Source: Betaproteobacteria bacterium
GTDB lineage: Bacteria > Pseudomonadota > Gammaproteobacteria > Burkholderiales > SG8-39
Length of the DNA stretch: 62,833 nucleotides
Direction: 5' to 3'
Assembly (NCBI GenBank): GCA_947467435.1
Contig: CANIIA010000005.1
Coordinates: 1 to 62,833 of the forward strand
Below, in pieces: positions 30,075 to 40,573 of the stretch. The position numbers and the translations under genes are program-made. Position 1 is the first letter of the stretch; every line of letters begins with the position of its first letter. Below the pieces are notes generated by a model. It searched no databases. It was given only the letters and a program-made list of their open reading frames with translations, and was not told the DNA's origin.

Positions 30075-30446
30075 ATGTCACGCAATGTGTCTTTGTATTT
30101 ACTGTTTGCTTGTTTCCTCTTGAGCGCAGCACCATTGATTGCAGCTAAATCACGCGTACACCACACGGGTGGATACGGTGCGATTGCGTGGCATCCGCCC
30201 AGCGGCAGCTACGGCTATGCTGTCGACCGCGCGAACGCTCGACTTGCTAGTGAGCAGGCATTAAGCCAATGCGCACACACCGCTTGTGAAGTAGTGCTCG
30301 ACTTACACCACAACTGCGGCGCCCTCGCGACCAATCAGCACCACGATCACACCGCGACTGGGGCCACACCCCAAGAAGCACAAACGCGTGCGCTACGTCT
30401 GTGCGGCAACCATTGCCGCTTGGTGGTTTGGGCTTGCACCCACTAG
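30075..30446 (+). CDS. DUF4189-like secreted Cys-rich protein
   Basis: Signal peptide, YGAIA...GY, A...AL..C...C, NCGALA pattern; GGAG RBS. Confidence 0.7.
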   Translation: MSRNVSLYLLFACFLLSAAPLIAAKSRVHHTGGYGAIAWHPPSGSYGYAVDRANARLASEQALSQCAHTACEVVLDLHHNCGALATNQHHDHTATGATPQEAQTRALRLCGNHCRLVVWACTH

Positions 30447-30454
30447 AGTCTGCA

Positions 30455-31207
30455 TTGAATTCACGTCAACGCACGCCGCGGTTTTATTGTCCACCGAACG
30501 AAGGCGGCACGCTTAATCGCGCGCGCACCTTACAACTGCGCGAAGATCAAAGTCATCATGCGTTACATGTACTACGCATCAAGTTAGGGGCAACGCTTAT
30601 TTTGTTTGATGGCCAAGGTGGCGAATACACAGCCCAAGTTTGTGCGCTCGGCAAACGGTCGGTCGAAGTTCAGCTCGACACACATCATCCAATCGAGCGC
30701 GAAGCCCTGCGATCCGTCACGTTACTCCAAGGCATTTCGGCCAGCGATCGCATGGATCTGTGCATACAAAAAGCCGTCGAACTCGGTATCGCCGCGATTC
30801 AACCGCTCGAGACTGAACGCTCGGTGGTGCGCGTCAAAGGTGAACGTGCTTTAGCCAAACGTTTGCATTGGGAGCGCGTAGCGATAGCCGCCTGTGAGCA
30901 ATGTGGTCGCAACCGCGTGCCGCAGGTGCTGCCGATTCTCGACATCGCACAACTTCGCCCGAGTACCGATTTATCGCTCGAACTGGCGCCTGATGCCTCC
31001 TTATTGTTACGCGAACCAGTGCTTGCCCAACCCGACTCACCGATCGCACTCGCCATTGGGCCGGAGGCCGGATTTAGCGCGCAAGAATCCGAGCGGCTTG
31101 GGCGTCTGGGGTTTCAAGCAGTCCGTCTGGGTCCGCGTATCCTACGCACCGAAACTGCAGGCCCCGCCGCGCTGGCCGCTATCGCCGCACTGAGCCAAGA
31201 GTTTTAA
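30455..31207 (+). CDS. rsmE: 16S rRNA m3U1498 methyltransferase
   Basis: HALHVLRI, QKAVELG, ACEQCGR, IGPEAGF, LGPRILRTETA. Start uncertain. Confidence 0.95.
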   Translation: MNSRQRTPRFYCPPNEGGTLNRARTLQLREDQSHHALHVLRIKLGATLILFDGQGGEYTAQVCALGKRSVEVQLDTHHPIEREALRSVTLLQGISASDRMDLCIQKAVELGIAAIQPLETERSVVRVKGERALAKRLHWERVAIAACEQCGRNRVPQVLPILDIAQLRPSTDLSLELAPDASLLLREPVLAQPDSPIALAIGPEAGFSAQESERLGRLGFQAVRLGPRILRTETAGPAALAAIAALSQEF

Positions 31208-31316
31208 TCATTCAGTGGATGCAGTGAATCGGGCTAAAATTGATCGCTCGATGATCTCGAGCAAACGCGCGTCTGCCGTCCGCTCACCGATTCTTTAGCG
31301 CGAATGTGGTTTTACG

Positions 31317-31356
31317 GTTTCGTGATTTCGTGGTTTCGTGGTTTCGTGATTTCGTA
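31317..31356. repeat. Tandem repeat, 5 x 8 bp (RTTTCGTG)
   Basis: gtttcgtg atttcgtg gtttcgtg gtttcgtg atttcgta. Confidence 0.85.
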
Positions 31357-31431
31357 CCCTCCGACGTTAGTTACTTCGTTTTTTATCTTTGACGCGTTGC
31401 GCACTAATTATTTTTTGCCCCTAGATTGCCA

Positions 31432-32745
31432 ATGAATCCTGCTCAAGCGCCACATTTTGTTCAATGGTTTCGTCAAGCGGCACCCTACGTACACGCATTC
31501 CGTGGTCGTACGTTTGTGATTGGCTTTCCTGGCGAGCTCGCTGCGGAAGGTGGGGTGGCTGGTTTTTTACACGATCTCAATTTACTTGCGGCGCTGGGTA
31601 TTCGCTTGGTCGTGGTTCACGGGGCAAGGCCACAAATTGAAGCCGAGCTCAAAGAAAAACATCTGCGATCGCGTTACGCGCGCGGCTTACGTATCACCGA
31701 TGCCGCAGCATTGGTGGCAGTCAAACACGCCGCGGGTGTGCTACGCCTCGAACTCGAAGCGCAACTATCGCAAGGCTTACCTAACTCACCCATGGCTGGC
31801 GCACAAATCCGTGTGGCTTCTGGTAATTTTATTACTGCACAACCGGTGGGCGTGGTCGATGGGATCGATTTTCAATTTACCGGTAGCGTACGCAAAGTCG
31901 ACACCGTCGCGATTTCACGACGCTTAGATGCAGGTGATGTCGTACTGATCTCGCATCTTGGATTTTCGCCAACAGGTGAAATTTTTAATCTTGCTTGGGA
32001 AGATATTGCCGAGTCGACGGCGATTGCACTCAAGGCCGACAAGCTACTGCTCTATGCCGATGAGCTACCCGCGACCCGTAAAGGACGGGTACTGCACGAA
32101 GTGACAGCACGCGAGCTCGCTACATTGGCCACCAAAGAAAAATTTTCTGCCGAACAAAAACGTGTCGTGAAAAGTACGCTGAATGCACTCGCTGGTGGGG
32201 TTGGTCGCGTACATGTCGTTTCGCGTAAAGCCGACGGCGCGACCTTACTCGAGCTATTTACTCGCGCAGGTGTTGGCACCATGGTGACCGCCGATGGACT
32301 CGAGCGCTTGCGCACCGCTCGCATCGAAGATGTCGGCGGCTTGCTTGCGTTGATTCGTCCGCTAGAACAAGAAGGCGCCTTGGTCCGCCGGAGTCGCGAA
32401 CGTCTCGAAGCAGAGATTGGTAATTTTCAGCTCATCGCCCATGATGGTGCGATTGTTGGCTGTGCCGCGCTGTATCCTTTTGACAAACAAAGCGCAGAAT
32501 TTGCCTGCTTGGCCGTTGCACCAGAATACCGCGATGCCGGTTACGGCGAGCGATTACTGCATGCCTGCGAACAAATCGCACGCACAAAACGCATCAAGCG
32601 CTTGTTTGCACTGACCACGCGCGCCGCGCACTGGTTTTTGCATCAAGGATTTAAACCTGCGGATGTGAGCGTACTACCCGAAGAAAAACGTGCGTTATAT
32701 AACTGGAAACGCGGCTCAAAGGTATTCGTAAAAACGCTACGTTAA
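31432..32745 (+). CDS. argA: Amino-acid N-acetyltransferase (N-acetylglutamate synthase)
   Basis: FRQAAPYVHAFRG, VHGARPQI, LLELFTRAGVGT, C-terminal GNAT domain. Confidence 0.96.
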   Translation: MNPAQAPHFVQWFRQAAPYVHAFRGRTFVIGFPGELAAEGGVAGFLHDLNLLAALGIRLVVVHGARPQIEAELKEKHLRSRYARGLRITDAAALVAVKHAAGVLRLELEAQLSQGLPNSPMAGAQIRVASGNFITAQPVGVVDGIDFQFTGSVRKVDTVAISRRLDAGDVVLISHLGFSPTGEIFNLAWEDIAESTAIALKADKLLLYADELPATRKGRVLHEVTARELATLATKEKFSAEQKRVVKSTLNALAGGVGRVHVVSRKADGATLLELFTRAGVGTMVTADGLERLRTARIEDVGGLLALIRPLEQEGALVRRSRERLEAEIGNFQLIAHDGAIVGCAALYPFDKQSAEFACLAVAPEYRDAGYGERLLHACEQIARTKRIKRLFALTTRAAHWFLHQGFKPADVSVLPEEKRALYNWKRGSKVFVKTLR

Positions 32746-32847
32746 AATTTAAGGGTCACTGCTGTATTGGGTGACGCAAGCGCAGACGATGATGTCTGTC
32801 GTACGCAAAGTTGTGAGAACATTTTTTTCGTTAGGATGAAACGCATC

Positions 32848-33120
32848 ATGGCTCGAACTGTTCAATGCATCAAACTTGGTCGCGAAGCAGAGGGACTCGA
32901 TTTCCCAACTTACCCGGGTGAACTGGGCAAACGAATTTTCGACAACGTTTCAAAAGAAGCTTGGCAAGCGTGGATCAAACACCAAACGATGTTGGTGAAT
33001 GAAAACCGCCTCAATCTGTCGGATGCCAAGGCGCGTAAATACCTCGCCGAGCAAATGGAAAATCATTTTTTTGGTGAAGGTGCCGACGCTGCAAGCGGTT
33101 ACGTTCCGCCGAGCGCCTAA
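32848..33120 (+). CDS. yggX: Fe(II)-trafficking / oxidative damage protection protein
   Basis: [33 protein letters not shown]. Confidence 0.95.
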   Translation: MARTVQCIKLGREAEGLDFPTYPGELGKRIFDNVSKEAWQAWIKHQTMLVNENRLNLSDAKARKYLAEQMENHFFGEGADAASGYVPPSA

Positions 33121-33174
33121 GCACCCTGTGCGCTACCACGCTGCACCCTGTGTGTAACTGCTCAGCGCGATACG

Positions 33175-33873
33175 CTACTGCATTAACTCCCGCTCAACAT
33201 CCTCAATGGCCGTGTGCCGTACATCGCGGCCTTTGACTAAATAAATCACGTACTCGGCCATGTTTTTTGCATGGTCACCGATCCGTTCGACGGCTTTTGC
33301 GATAAACAAAATCTCAAGTGCTCGTGAAATAGTCCGCGGATCTTCCATCATGAAGGTGATCAGTTGACGCATGATGGCGCGAAACTCTTCATCAATCGCG
33401 CCATCTTGCTTGACCGCAGTCATTGCCTCCATCACATCAAGACGCGCAAACGCATCCAATGAGCGGCGTAGCAATTGCACCGCGCCATCCGCAACATGCG
33501 ATAAATCCAGACGTGGCATATGCTGTTGTCCCGCGGCGTGTATCAATTTAGCCATCCGGGCAATTTTTGCTGCTTCATCACCAATACGTTCTAAATCGGT
33601 GATGGTTTTAATCACGGCGATCAGCAGACGTAAGTCTCCGGCGGCGGGTTGGCGTCGCGCGATGATTTGTGTGCAAGATTCATCCAGCTCAACTTCCATT
33701 GCGTTAACACGATGATCATCGGTAATGACCCGATCAATCGCGGCCATATCGCCGCTGATGAGCGCTTGCATAGCGTGCAAGATTTGTTGCTCAACCAACC
33801 CACCCATTTGCAATACGCGCGAACGCACGCTTTCAAGCTCGGCATCAAATTGCTTGGAAATATGCTCTGACAT
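33175..33873 (-). CDS. phoU: Phosphate signalling protein PhoU
   Basis: MGGLVE, RRQPAAGDLR, DLERIGD, ERIGDHAKN. Confidence 0.97.
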   Translation of the reverse strand: MSEHISKQFDAELESVRSRVLQMGGLVEQQILHAMQALISGDMAAIDRVITDDHRVNAMEVELDESCTQIIARRQPAAGDLRLLIAVIKTITDLERIGDEAAKIARMAKLIHAAGQQHMPRLDLSHVADGAVQLLRRSLDAFARLDVMEAMTAVKQDGAIDEEFRAIMRQLITFMMEDPRTISRALEILFIAKAVERIGDHAKNMAEYVIYLVKGRDVRHTAIEDVERELMQ

Positions 33874-33925
33874 TGCGGCGCGCCTTCAGATCGTGGGGAC
33901 GAAGAGCGAGATTAGCATGCCCAAT

Positions 33926-33943
33926 GTGACACGCCGATGACCA
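33926..33943 (-). promoter_or_regulatory. Pho box upstream of phoU
   Basis: Minus strand TGGTCAT-CGGC-GTGTCAC (11-bp period, consensus CTGTCAT-N4-CTGTCAY), followed about 11 nt later by TAATCT. Confidence 0.65.
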
Positions 33944-33954
33944 TCGCATTTGCG

Positions 33955-34620
33955 CTAGGACTTGGCGAGTCGGGTACTGACCCCTTCGGCTGTCGCCAAC
34001 AACAACACATCAGCCCGACGGCGTGCGAACACACCATTGGTCACCACCCCCGCGATCTGATTGAGCTCACCCTCCAACGTGGGTGGATCGCGTAAATCGA
34101 GACCGCGGCAATCTAGGATTAAGTTGCCGTTATCGCTGGTAAAGCCTTCGCGTAAGGCAGGCGTTCCACCCATCGCTACCAGCCGACGACCGACGTAGCT
34201 ACGCGCCATCGGAATCACTTCGAGGGGCAAAGGAAATCGGCCAAGTATCGGTACGAGTTTCGAGGCGTCACAAATACAAATAAATTTTTTCGCTACTGCT
34301 GCGATGATTTTTTCGCGCGTTAAGGCCCCGCCGCCGCCTTTGATCATGTGTAAGTGCTCGGTGATTTCGTCTGCACCATCGACGTACACCGGCAACTCAC
34401 TCACGCCATTGAGATCAAACACACGAATCCCGTGATCACGCAAACGCTGCGCGCTCGCCTCGGAGGCGGCTACCGCGCCATCAATACGACCCTTGATCGT
34501 CGCCAGCGCATCAATGAAGCAATTCACTGTTGAGCCGGAACCCACACCGACAATTGCGTCATCTGGTACGTAGGCCAACGCCGCCTTAGCGACCTGTTGC
34601 TTGAGTTGCGTTTGATCCAT
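33955..34620 (-). CDS. rpiA: Ribose-5-phosphate isomerase A
   Basis: [23 protein letters not shown]. Confidence 0.97.
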   Translation of the reverse strand: MDQTQLKQQVAKAALAYVPDDAIVGVGSGSTVNCFIDALATIKGRIDGAVAASEASAQRLRDHGIRVFDLNGVSELPVYVDGADEITEHLHMIKGGGGALTREKIIAAVAKKFICICDASKLVPILGRFPLPLEVIPMARSYVGRRLVAMGGTPALREGFTSDNGNLILDCRGLDLRDPPTLEGELNQIAGVVTNGVFARRRADVLLLATAEGVSTRLAKS

Positions 34621-34635
34621 GTTGGCTTGGTGGAT

Positions 34636-36447
34636 TTATTTTCGCTTGATCGGCGGCAAGTCAGTACACACGCCTTCGTATAGCTCTGCGGCCATGCCCA
34701 CGGATTCACCTAAGGTCGGATGTGGATGAATCGTGCGACCGATATCCACGGCATCCGCCCCCATTTCAATCGCTAAGGCCACTTCACTAATTAGATCACC
34801 CGCCCCGGTGCCGACGATCCCACCACCCAAAATGCGGTGTGAATCGGCATCAAACACGAGCTTTGTAAAGCCTTCATCACGCCCATTGGCGATGGCTCGG
34901 CCTGAAGCCGCCCAAGGAAACTTGCCAACGCCAATCTTGATACCTTGCGATTTCGCTTCGGCTTCAGTCAACCCGACCCAAGCGACCTCGGGATCGGTGT
35001 AAGCCACGCCAGGGATCACCCGCGCATCGAAATACGATTTTTCTCCACTGGCCGCTTCCGCAGCGACATGGCCTTCATGCACCGCTTTATGCGCAAGCAT
35101 CGGTTGTCCAACGATATCGCCAATGGCAAAAATATGCGGCACGTTGGTGCGCATTTGTTGGTCCACCGAAATAAAGCCGCGTTCCGAAACTTGCACACCC
35201 GCCGCTGGCGCGTTGATACGCAAGCCATTCGGTGTGCGTCCCACCGCGACCAATACCAGGTCATACAGTTGCGGCTCTGTCGGGGCCTGCTCGCCTTCAA
35301 AGGTGACACGAATACCTTGCGGCGTTGCCTCCACTTTAGAGGTACGCGTTTTGAGCATGATGTGATCAAAACGTTTGGCGTTGTGCTTGTGCCAAACCGC
35401 AACCAGATCACGATCAGGGCCCAACATCAGCGCATCTTGCATTTCAACCACATCCAACCGCGCACCTAAGGTGGAATACACCGTACCCATTTCTAATCCG
35501 ATGATGCCGCCACCAATCACCAACATACGTTTTGGTAAGACACGCAGTTCTAATGCACCCGTAGAGTCGACAATGCGTGGATCCTCCGGAAATCCCGGAA
35601 TTTTTGCAGCTTGCGATCCGGCGGCAATGATGGCTTGCGTAAAGCGGATGCGCTTCACCTCTGCACCACGCACGACGCTGAGGTGATGGGCATCCGTGAA
35701 GGTACCAACGCCATGCACCACATTCACTTTGCGCGCCTTGGCCATGCCCGCCAGTCCGTTGGTGAGTTTGCCCACCACTTGCGACTTCCATCCACGCAAC
35801 GCATCTAAATCGATTTGTGGCGCACCAAAGCGAATGCCGTGGGCGGCAAGCGCCTGTGCTTCATCGGCCACTGCGGCGACATGCAACAACGCTTTCGATG
35901 GAATACAGCCGACGTTCAAACAGACACCGCCTAAGGTGTCGTAACGTTCAATCAAAATCACGCGTCGACCTAAATCGGCCGCACGAAACGCAGCCGAATA
36001 TCCTCCGGGGCCCGCACCGAGCACCACCACATCACACTCCATATCTGCTGGCGCACCCTCTGAGGCAGCCACTGGCATCGGGTGCGGCGCGGCTGTGTGG
36101 GTGGCTGCGGTGGCTGCGCCTTGACCGGTTTGCGTGGCACTCACACTCGGTGTGCTCGCAGCGACTTTGGCATTAGCGGGCGCCAGTTGTTTTTCAGCAG
36201 CCGCGCTTGCAACTGTCAGCGTGAGGATCGGCGAACCTTCTGAAACTTTATCGCCGATGTTGATCAGCAACTCGCCCACGATGCCATCAGCTGGCGATGG
36301 AATCTCCATGGTTGCTTTGTCCGATTCCACACTGATCAGCGATTGCTCTTTGGTGATGGTCTCGCCTGGTTGCACGAGAATTTCAATCACTGCCACCGAC
36401 TTGAAGTCGCCGATATCCGGGACCTTGACTTGCATAGCTTCGCTCAT
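34636..36447 (-). CDS. lpdA: Dihydrolipoamide dehydrogenase (E3) with N-terminal lipoyl domain
   Basis: VESDKA lipoyl site, GGVCLNVGCIPSK, HPHPTLGE. Confidence 0.97.
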   Translation of the reverse strand: MSEAMQVKVPDIGDFKSVAVIEILVQPGETITKEQSLISVESDKATMEIPSPADGIVGELLINIGDKVSEGSPILTLTVASAAAEKQLAPANAKVAASTPSVSATQTGQGAATAATHTAAPHPMPVAASEGAPADMECDVVVLGAGPGGYSAAFRAADLGRRVILIERYDTLGGVCLNVGCIPSKALLHVAAVADEAQALAAHGIRFGAPQIDLDALRGWKSQVVGKLTNGLAGMAKARKVNVVHGVGTFTDAHHLSVVRGAEVKRIRFTQAIIAAGSQAAKIPGFPEDPRIVDSTGALELRVLPKRMLVIGGGIIGLEMGTVYSTLGARLDVVEMQDALMLGPDRDLVAVWHKHNAKRFDHIMLKTRTSKVEATPQGIRVTFEGEQAPTEPQLYDLVLVAVGRTPNGLRINAPAAGVQVSERGFISVDQQMRTNVPHIFAIGDIVGQPMLAHKAVHEGHVAAEAASGEKSYFDARVIPGVAYTDPEVAWVGLTEAEAKSQGIKIGVGKFPWAASGRAIANGRDEGFTKLVFDADSHRILGGGIVGTGAGDLISEVALAIEMGADAVDIGRTIHPHPTLGESVGMAAELYEGVCTDLPPIKRK

Positions 36448-36478
36448 GGCGACCTTGTACAAAAATTCGTTCGTTGCT

Positions 36479-37831
36479 TTACAACAACGAACGACGAATA
36501 TCTGAAAGAACCGAAGTGAGATACGTGGTGAAGCGCGCGCCGGCCGCCCCGTCAATGACGCGATGGTCATAGGACAACGATAGAGGCAACATCAAGCGCG
36601 GCGCAAATTCACGCCCATTCCACACGGGACGCATCTGCGAGCGAGACACGCCAAGAATCGCTACCTCAGGCGCGTTGATGATCGGCGTAAATGCAGTGCC
36701 ACCAATGCCACCCAAACTTGAGATCGAGAATGTGCCGCCTTGCATATCACCGGCTTTTAATTTGCCATCGCGCGCGAGGCGTGAAATTTCGGCGAGCTCT
36801 TTAGCCACATCGAACACGCCCTTGCGATCAGCATCACGTACCACAGGCACCACTAATCCACCTGGGGTATCCACCGCCACACCAATATGAAAATATTTTT
36901 TGATGATGACGTTTTCGCCGCCCTTTTCCAAACTTGCATTGAATTGCGGAAACTGCTTGAGCGCCGTCACGCAGGCCTTCACTAAGAACGCCAACATGGT
37001 GAGTTTGAGACCTTGCTTTTCAGCTTGGCCCGCGCTGTCTTTACGAAACGCTTCAAGCTCAGTGATGTCGGCTTCATCAAACTGCGTGATATGTGGGATC
37101 GACACCCAATTGCGATGCAAATAAGGGCCGGATAATTTTTGAATCCGCGATAGAGCCACCGACTCGATCGGACCAAACTTCGCAAAATCAACCTCCGGCC
37201 ACGCCGGCAAATTAAATGGGCTGGCCGACGAAGGCCCCGCGCTTGATCGCGCAGCACTTGCACCAGACATCACCGACTTCACCAGCGCTTGTACATCGGC
37301 TTGTTGAATACGTCCCTTCGGACCGGTCCCAGTCACGGCATGTAAATCCACACCTAACTCGCGTGCAAATTTGCGCACCGACGGACTCGCATGCGGCGTG
37401 GTCTGCAACGCATCTCTGGGTTCGCGTGGGACCGGTCGACCCGCAGAGGCCATCGAGGTCACTGCCGCCGGTGCCGCGGGTGGTGCGTTGGTTTGAACCG
37501 GAGCGCTGGGTGCAGGCTGACTTTGTTTAGGTGCTGATGCTGGTGCAGGGGCTGGTGCAGATGGCGCCGCAGGAGATGCCGCTTGGCCGACATCGGCTTC
37601 AAGCATTAACACCAACGAGCCTTCAGCAACTTTGTCGCCTACCGCGAGTTTGATTTCTCGCACAACACCGGCAGTGGGCGACGGAATTTCCATCGTGGCT
37701 TTGTCGGACTCAACGGTAATCAACGATGTTTCTGGTTCAACGTGATCACCAACCTTGACCAATATTTCGATCACCGCGACTTCTTTGAAATCACCGATGT
37801 CGGGTACACGTACTTCTTGAGTTGCTGCCAT
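36479..37831 (-). CDS. aceF: Pyruvate dehydrogenase E2 (one lipoyl domain)
   Basis: VESDKA, HASPSVRKFARE, DHRVIDG. Confidence 0.97.
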   Translation of the reverse strand: MAATQEVRVPDIGDFKEVAVIEILVKVGDHVEPETSLITVESDKATMEIPSPTAGVVREIKLAVGDKVAEGSLVLMLEADVGQAASPAAPSAPAPAPASAPKQSQPAPSAPVQTNAPPAAPAAVTSMASAGRPVPREPRDALQTTPHASPSVRKFARELGVDLHAVTGTGPKGRIQQADVQALVKSVMSGASAARSSAGPSSASPFNLPAWPEVDFAKFGPIESVALSRIQKLSGPYLHRNWVSIPHITQFDEADITELEAFRKDSAGQAEKQGLKLTMLAFLVKACVTALKQFPQFNASLEKGGENVIIKKYFHIGVAVDTPGGLVVPVVRDADRKGVFDVAKELAEISRLARDGKLKAGDMQGGTFSISSLGGIGGTAFTPIINAPEVAILGVSRSQMRPVWNGREFAPRLMLPLSLSYDHRVIDGAAGARFTTYLTSVLSDIRRSLL

Positions 37832-37885
37832 AAGACCTCTACAAGCGATACGCGCATCCACAACCTTGCGTTGCGGATGACGCAA

Positions 37886-40573
37886 TTAAACGGTGGTCGG
37901 ATCGGCTTTGTTGATGTCGATGCCGTATTTGTTGATGGCCTCACTCACGAGTTTGGGTTTGATCAGCCCATCTTCGGCAAGCGACTTAAGTGCGGCAATC
38001 ACCACAAAGTAGCGATTCACTTCAAAGAAGTGACGTAACTTTGCGCGCGTGTCGGAGCGTCCAAATCCATCGGTGCCTAACACGCGATAACGTCGATCGG
38101 CCGGCATAAAGGGTCGAATCTGATCGGCAAAAATTTTCATGTAATCAGAGGCAGCCACAATCGGGCCGGCATGTGCAGTCAGGGTTTGCGTGACATACGC
38201 AACGCGCGGTTTTTCTTCTGGATGCAACAAATTCCAACGCTCGCAGGCCAATCCGTCACGACGCAATTCGGTGAAGCTCGTTGCACTCCACACATCGGCG
38301 GCCACACCCCAATCTTTTTCAAGCAAATCGGCTGCAGCAATCACTTCGCGCAAGATAGTGCCTGAACCTAAAAGTTGTACGCGATGTTTTGCTTTGGCAA
38401 CGCTTGGACGCAACAAATACAAACCACGCAAAATACCGTCTTCAACGCCTTCAGGTAATGCAGGATGCTCGTAGTTCTCATTCATCAAGGTGATGTAATA
38501 GAACACGTCCTCTTGTTGTTCGACCATGCGCTGCAAGCCACGCTGAATAATGACCGCCAGTTCGTAGGCAAACGTCGGGTCATACGAAATACAGTTAGGA
38601 ATGACTGACGAGAGCACGTGCGAGTGGCCATCTTCGTGCTGCAAGCCTTCGCCGTTGAGTGTGGTTCGACCTGCAGTTGCACCCAACACAAATCCGCGTG
38701 CGCGTTGATCGGCTGCAGCCCACGCCAAATCACCAATGCGTTGCAACCCAAACATCGAATAAAAGATGTAGAACGGAATCATGTTTACACCGGTGGTGGA
38801 ATACGCAGTTGCTGCCGCAATCCACGACGAAAATGCACCGGCTTCATTGATACCTTCTTCCAAAATCTGGCCCGCAGCATCTTCGCGGTAGTACATCACC
38901 TGATCTTTATCGACGGGCGTATATTTTTGTCCTTCGGAAGAGTAAATCCCGAGTTGCCGGAACATTCCTTCCATACCAAAGGTGCGCGCTTCATCGGGCA
39001 CAATCGGCACGATTTTTTTACCGAGCGCTTTGTCACGTAACAACGCAGTCAAAATACGCACAAAGGCCATGGTGGTCGACATTTCGCGACCTTCACCCGT
39101 GCCTTTGGTGACTTGCTCAAACGCACTTAACGCAGGGGCTGGCAAGGTGTGCGCCGCCTGACGACGACGCTGCGGCAAATAACCACCCAAGGCTGCACGA
39201 CGCTCGTGCAAATATTTCATTTCGGGCGAATCAGCAGGTGGGATATAAAACGGCAACGACTCAAGTTGATCGTCTGGAATGGGGACGTTAAACCGATCGC
39301 GGAATCCTCGAATCGTATCGAGATCCAATTTTTTGAGTTGATGCGTTGGGTTTTGTGCTTGACCCTGTTTGCCCAACCCATACCCCTTAATGGTCTTGGC
39401 CAAAATCACCGTCGGCTGACCTTGATGCGCCGTGGCTGCCGCGTAGGCTGCATAGATCTTGTGTGGGTCATGACCACCACGATTTAAGCGCCAGATATCG
39501 TCATCGCTCATACGCGAAACCATCTCGAGCAACTTGGGATGCTTTCCAAAAAAGTGCTTGCGTACAAACGCACCATCATTGGCTTTAAAGTTTTGATATT
39601 CGCCATCCACGGTGTCTTCCATGACCTTCAGAAGAATGCCGTCTTTGTCGCGCGCGATCAGCGGATCCCAATACGAACCCCAAATCAGTTTGATGACGTT
39701 CCAGCCCGAACCACGAAACTCGCCTTCGAGCTCTTGAATAATTTTTCCGTTACCACGCACCGGACCATCGAGGCGCTGCAAGTTGCAATTCACCACAAAA
39801 ATCAAGTTATCGAGCTTTTCACGCGCGGCCATACCAATTGCGCCAAGCGACTCGGGCTCATCCATTTCGCCATCGCCACAAAACACCCACACTTTGCGTT
39901 TGGCTGTGTCGGCCAATCCACGCGCATGCAGATATTTTAAAAAGCGCGCTTGATAAATTGCTTGCAAGGGACCCAGTCCCATCGACACCGTGGGAAACTG
40001 CCAAAAATCGGGCATCAACCAAGGATGCGGATAAGAGGAGACGCCTTTGCCATCGACTTCACGTCGAAAATTATCTAGACGCTCTGGCGAAATTCGTCCT
40101 TCAAGCAAAGCACGTGCGTATATGCCTGGAGCGGAGTGGCCTTGAAAATAAATTAAGTCGCCACCGTGATCAGCCGTTGGCGCATGCCAAAAGTGATTGA
40201 AGCCAACACCAAATAAAGTGCCAACCGACGCAAAGCTGGCAATGTGTCCGCCCAGGTCGCCTTCCGCTTTATTGGCACGAGCCACCATCACCATGGCATT
40301 CCATCGCGTGTACGAACGAATTCGTTCTTCAAGCGCAGGGTCACCAGGTGAGCGCGCTTCAAGATGCGGCGGAATGGTATTGATGTAAGCGGTTTGCGCA
40401 CGATAAGGCAAATACGCACCAGAGCGTCGCGCTTTATCTACAAGTTGTTCGAGCAAGAAATGGGCGCGTTCGGCGCCTTCGCGCTCGATGACCGCTTCAA
40501 GCGCATCGAGCCATTCTTGTGTTTCGGATGAATCAGGATCGTTCGCTGCGGGGGACTGAGGTAAAGCAGACAT
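37886..40573 (-). CDS. aceE: Pyruvate dehydrogenase E1 (homodimeric)
   Basis: ETQEWLDAL, PTVSMGLGP, GDGEMDEPES, GEGLQHED. Confidence 0.98.
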   Translation of the reverse strand: MSALPQSPAANDPDSSETQEWLDALEAVIEREGAERAHFLLEQLVDKARRSGAYLPYRAQTAYINTIPPHLEARSPGDPALEERIRSYTRWNAMVMVARANKAEGDLGGHIASFASVGTLFGVGFNHFWHAPTADHGGDLIYFQGHSAPGIYARALLEGRISPERLDNFRREVDGKGVSSYPHPWLMPDFWQFPTVSMGLGPLQAIYQARFLKYLHARGLADTAKRKVWVFCGDGEMDEPESLGAIGMAAREKLDNLIFVVNCNLQRLDGPVRGNGKIIQELEGEFRGSGWNVIKLIWGSYWDPLIARDKDGILLKVMEDTVDGEYQNFKANDGAFVRKHFFGKHPKLLEMVSRMSDDDIWRLNRGGHDPHKIYAAYAAATAHQGQPTVILAKTIKGYGLGKQGQAQNPTHQLKKLDLDTIRGFRDRFNVPIPDDQLESLPFYIPPADSPEMKYLHERRAALGGYLPQRRRQAAHTLPAPALSAFEQVTKGTGEGREMSTTMAFVRILTALLRDKALGKKIVPIVPDEARTFGMEGMFRQLGIYSSEGQKYTPVDKDQVMYYREDAAGQILEEGINEAGAFSSWIAAATAYSTTGVNMIPFYIFYSMFGLQRIGDLAWAAADQRARGFVLGATAGRTTLNGEGLQHEDGHSHVLSSVIPNCISYDPTFAYELAVIIQRGLQRMVEQQEDVFYYITLMNENYEHPALPEGVEDGILRGLYLLRPSVAKAKHRVQLLGSGTILREVIAAADLLEKDWGVAADVWSATSFTELRRDGLACERWNLLHPEEKPRVAYVTQTLTAHAGPIVAASDYMKIFADQIRPFMPADRRYRVLGTDGFGRSDTRAKLRHFFEVNRYFVVIAALKSLAEDGLIKPKLVSEAINKYGIDINKADPTTV

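Noticed and set aside
34636..36447. Lipoyl domain fused to E3
   Set aside because: Already known in betaproteobacterial pyruvate dehydrogenase complexes.
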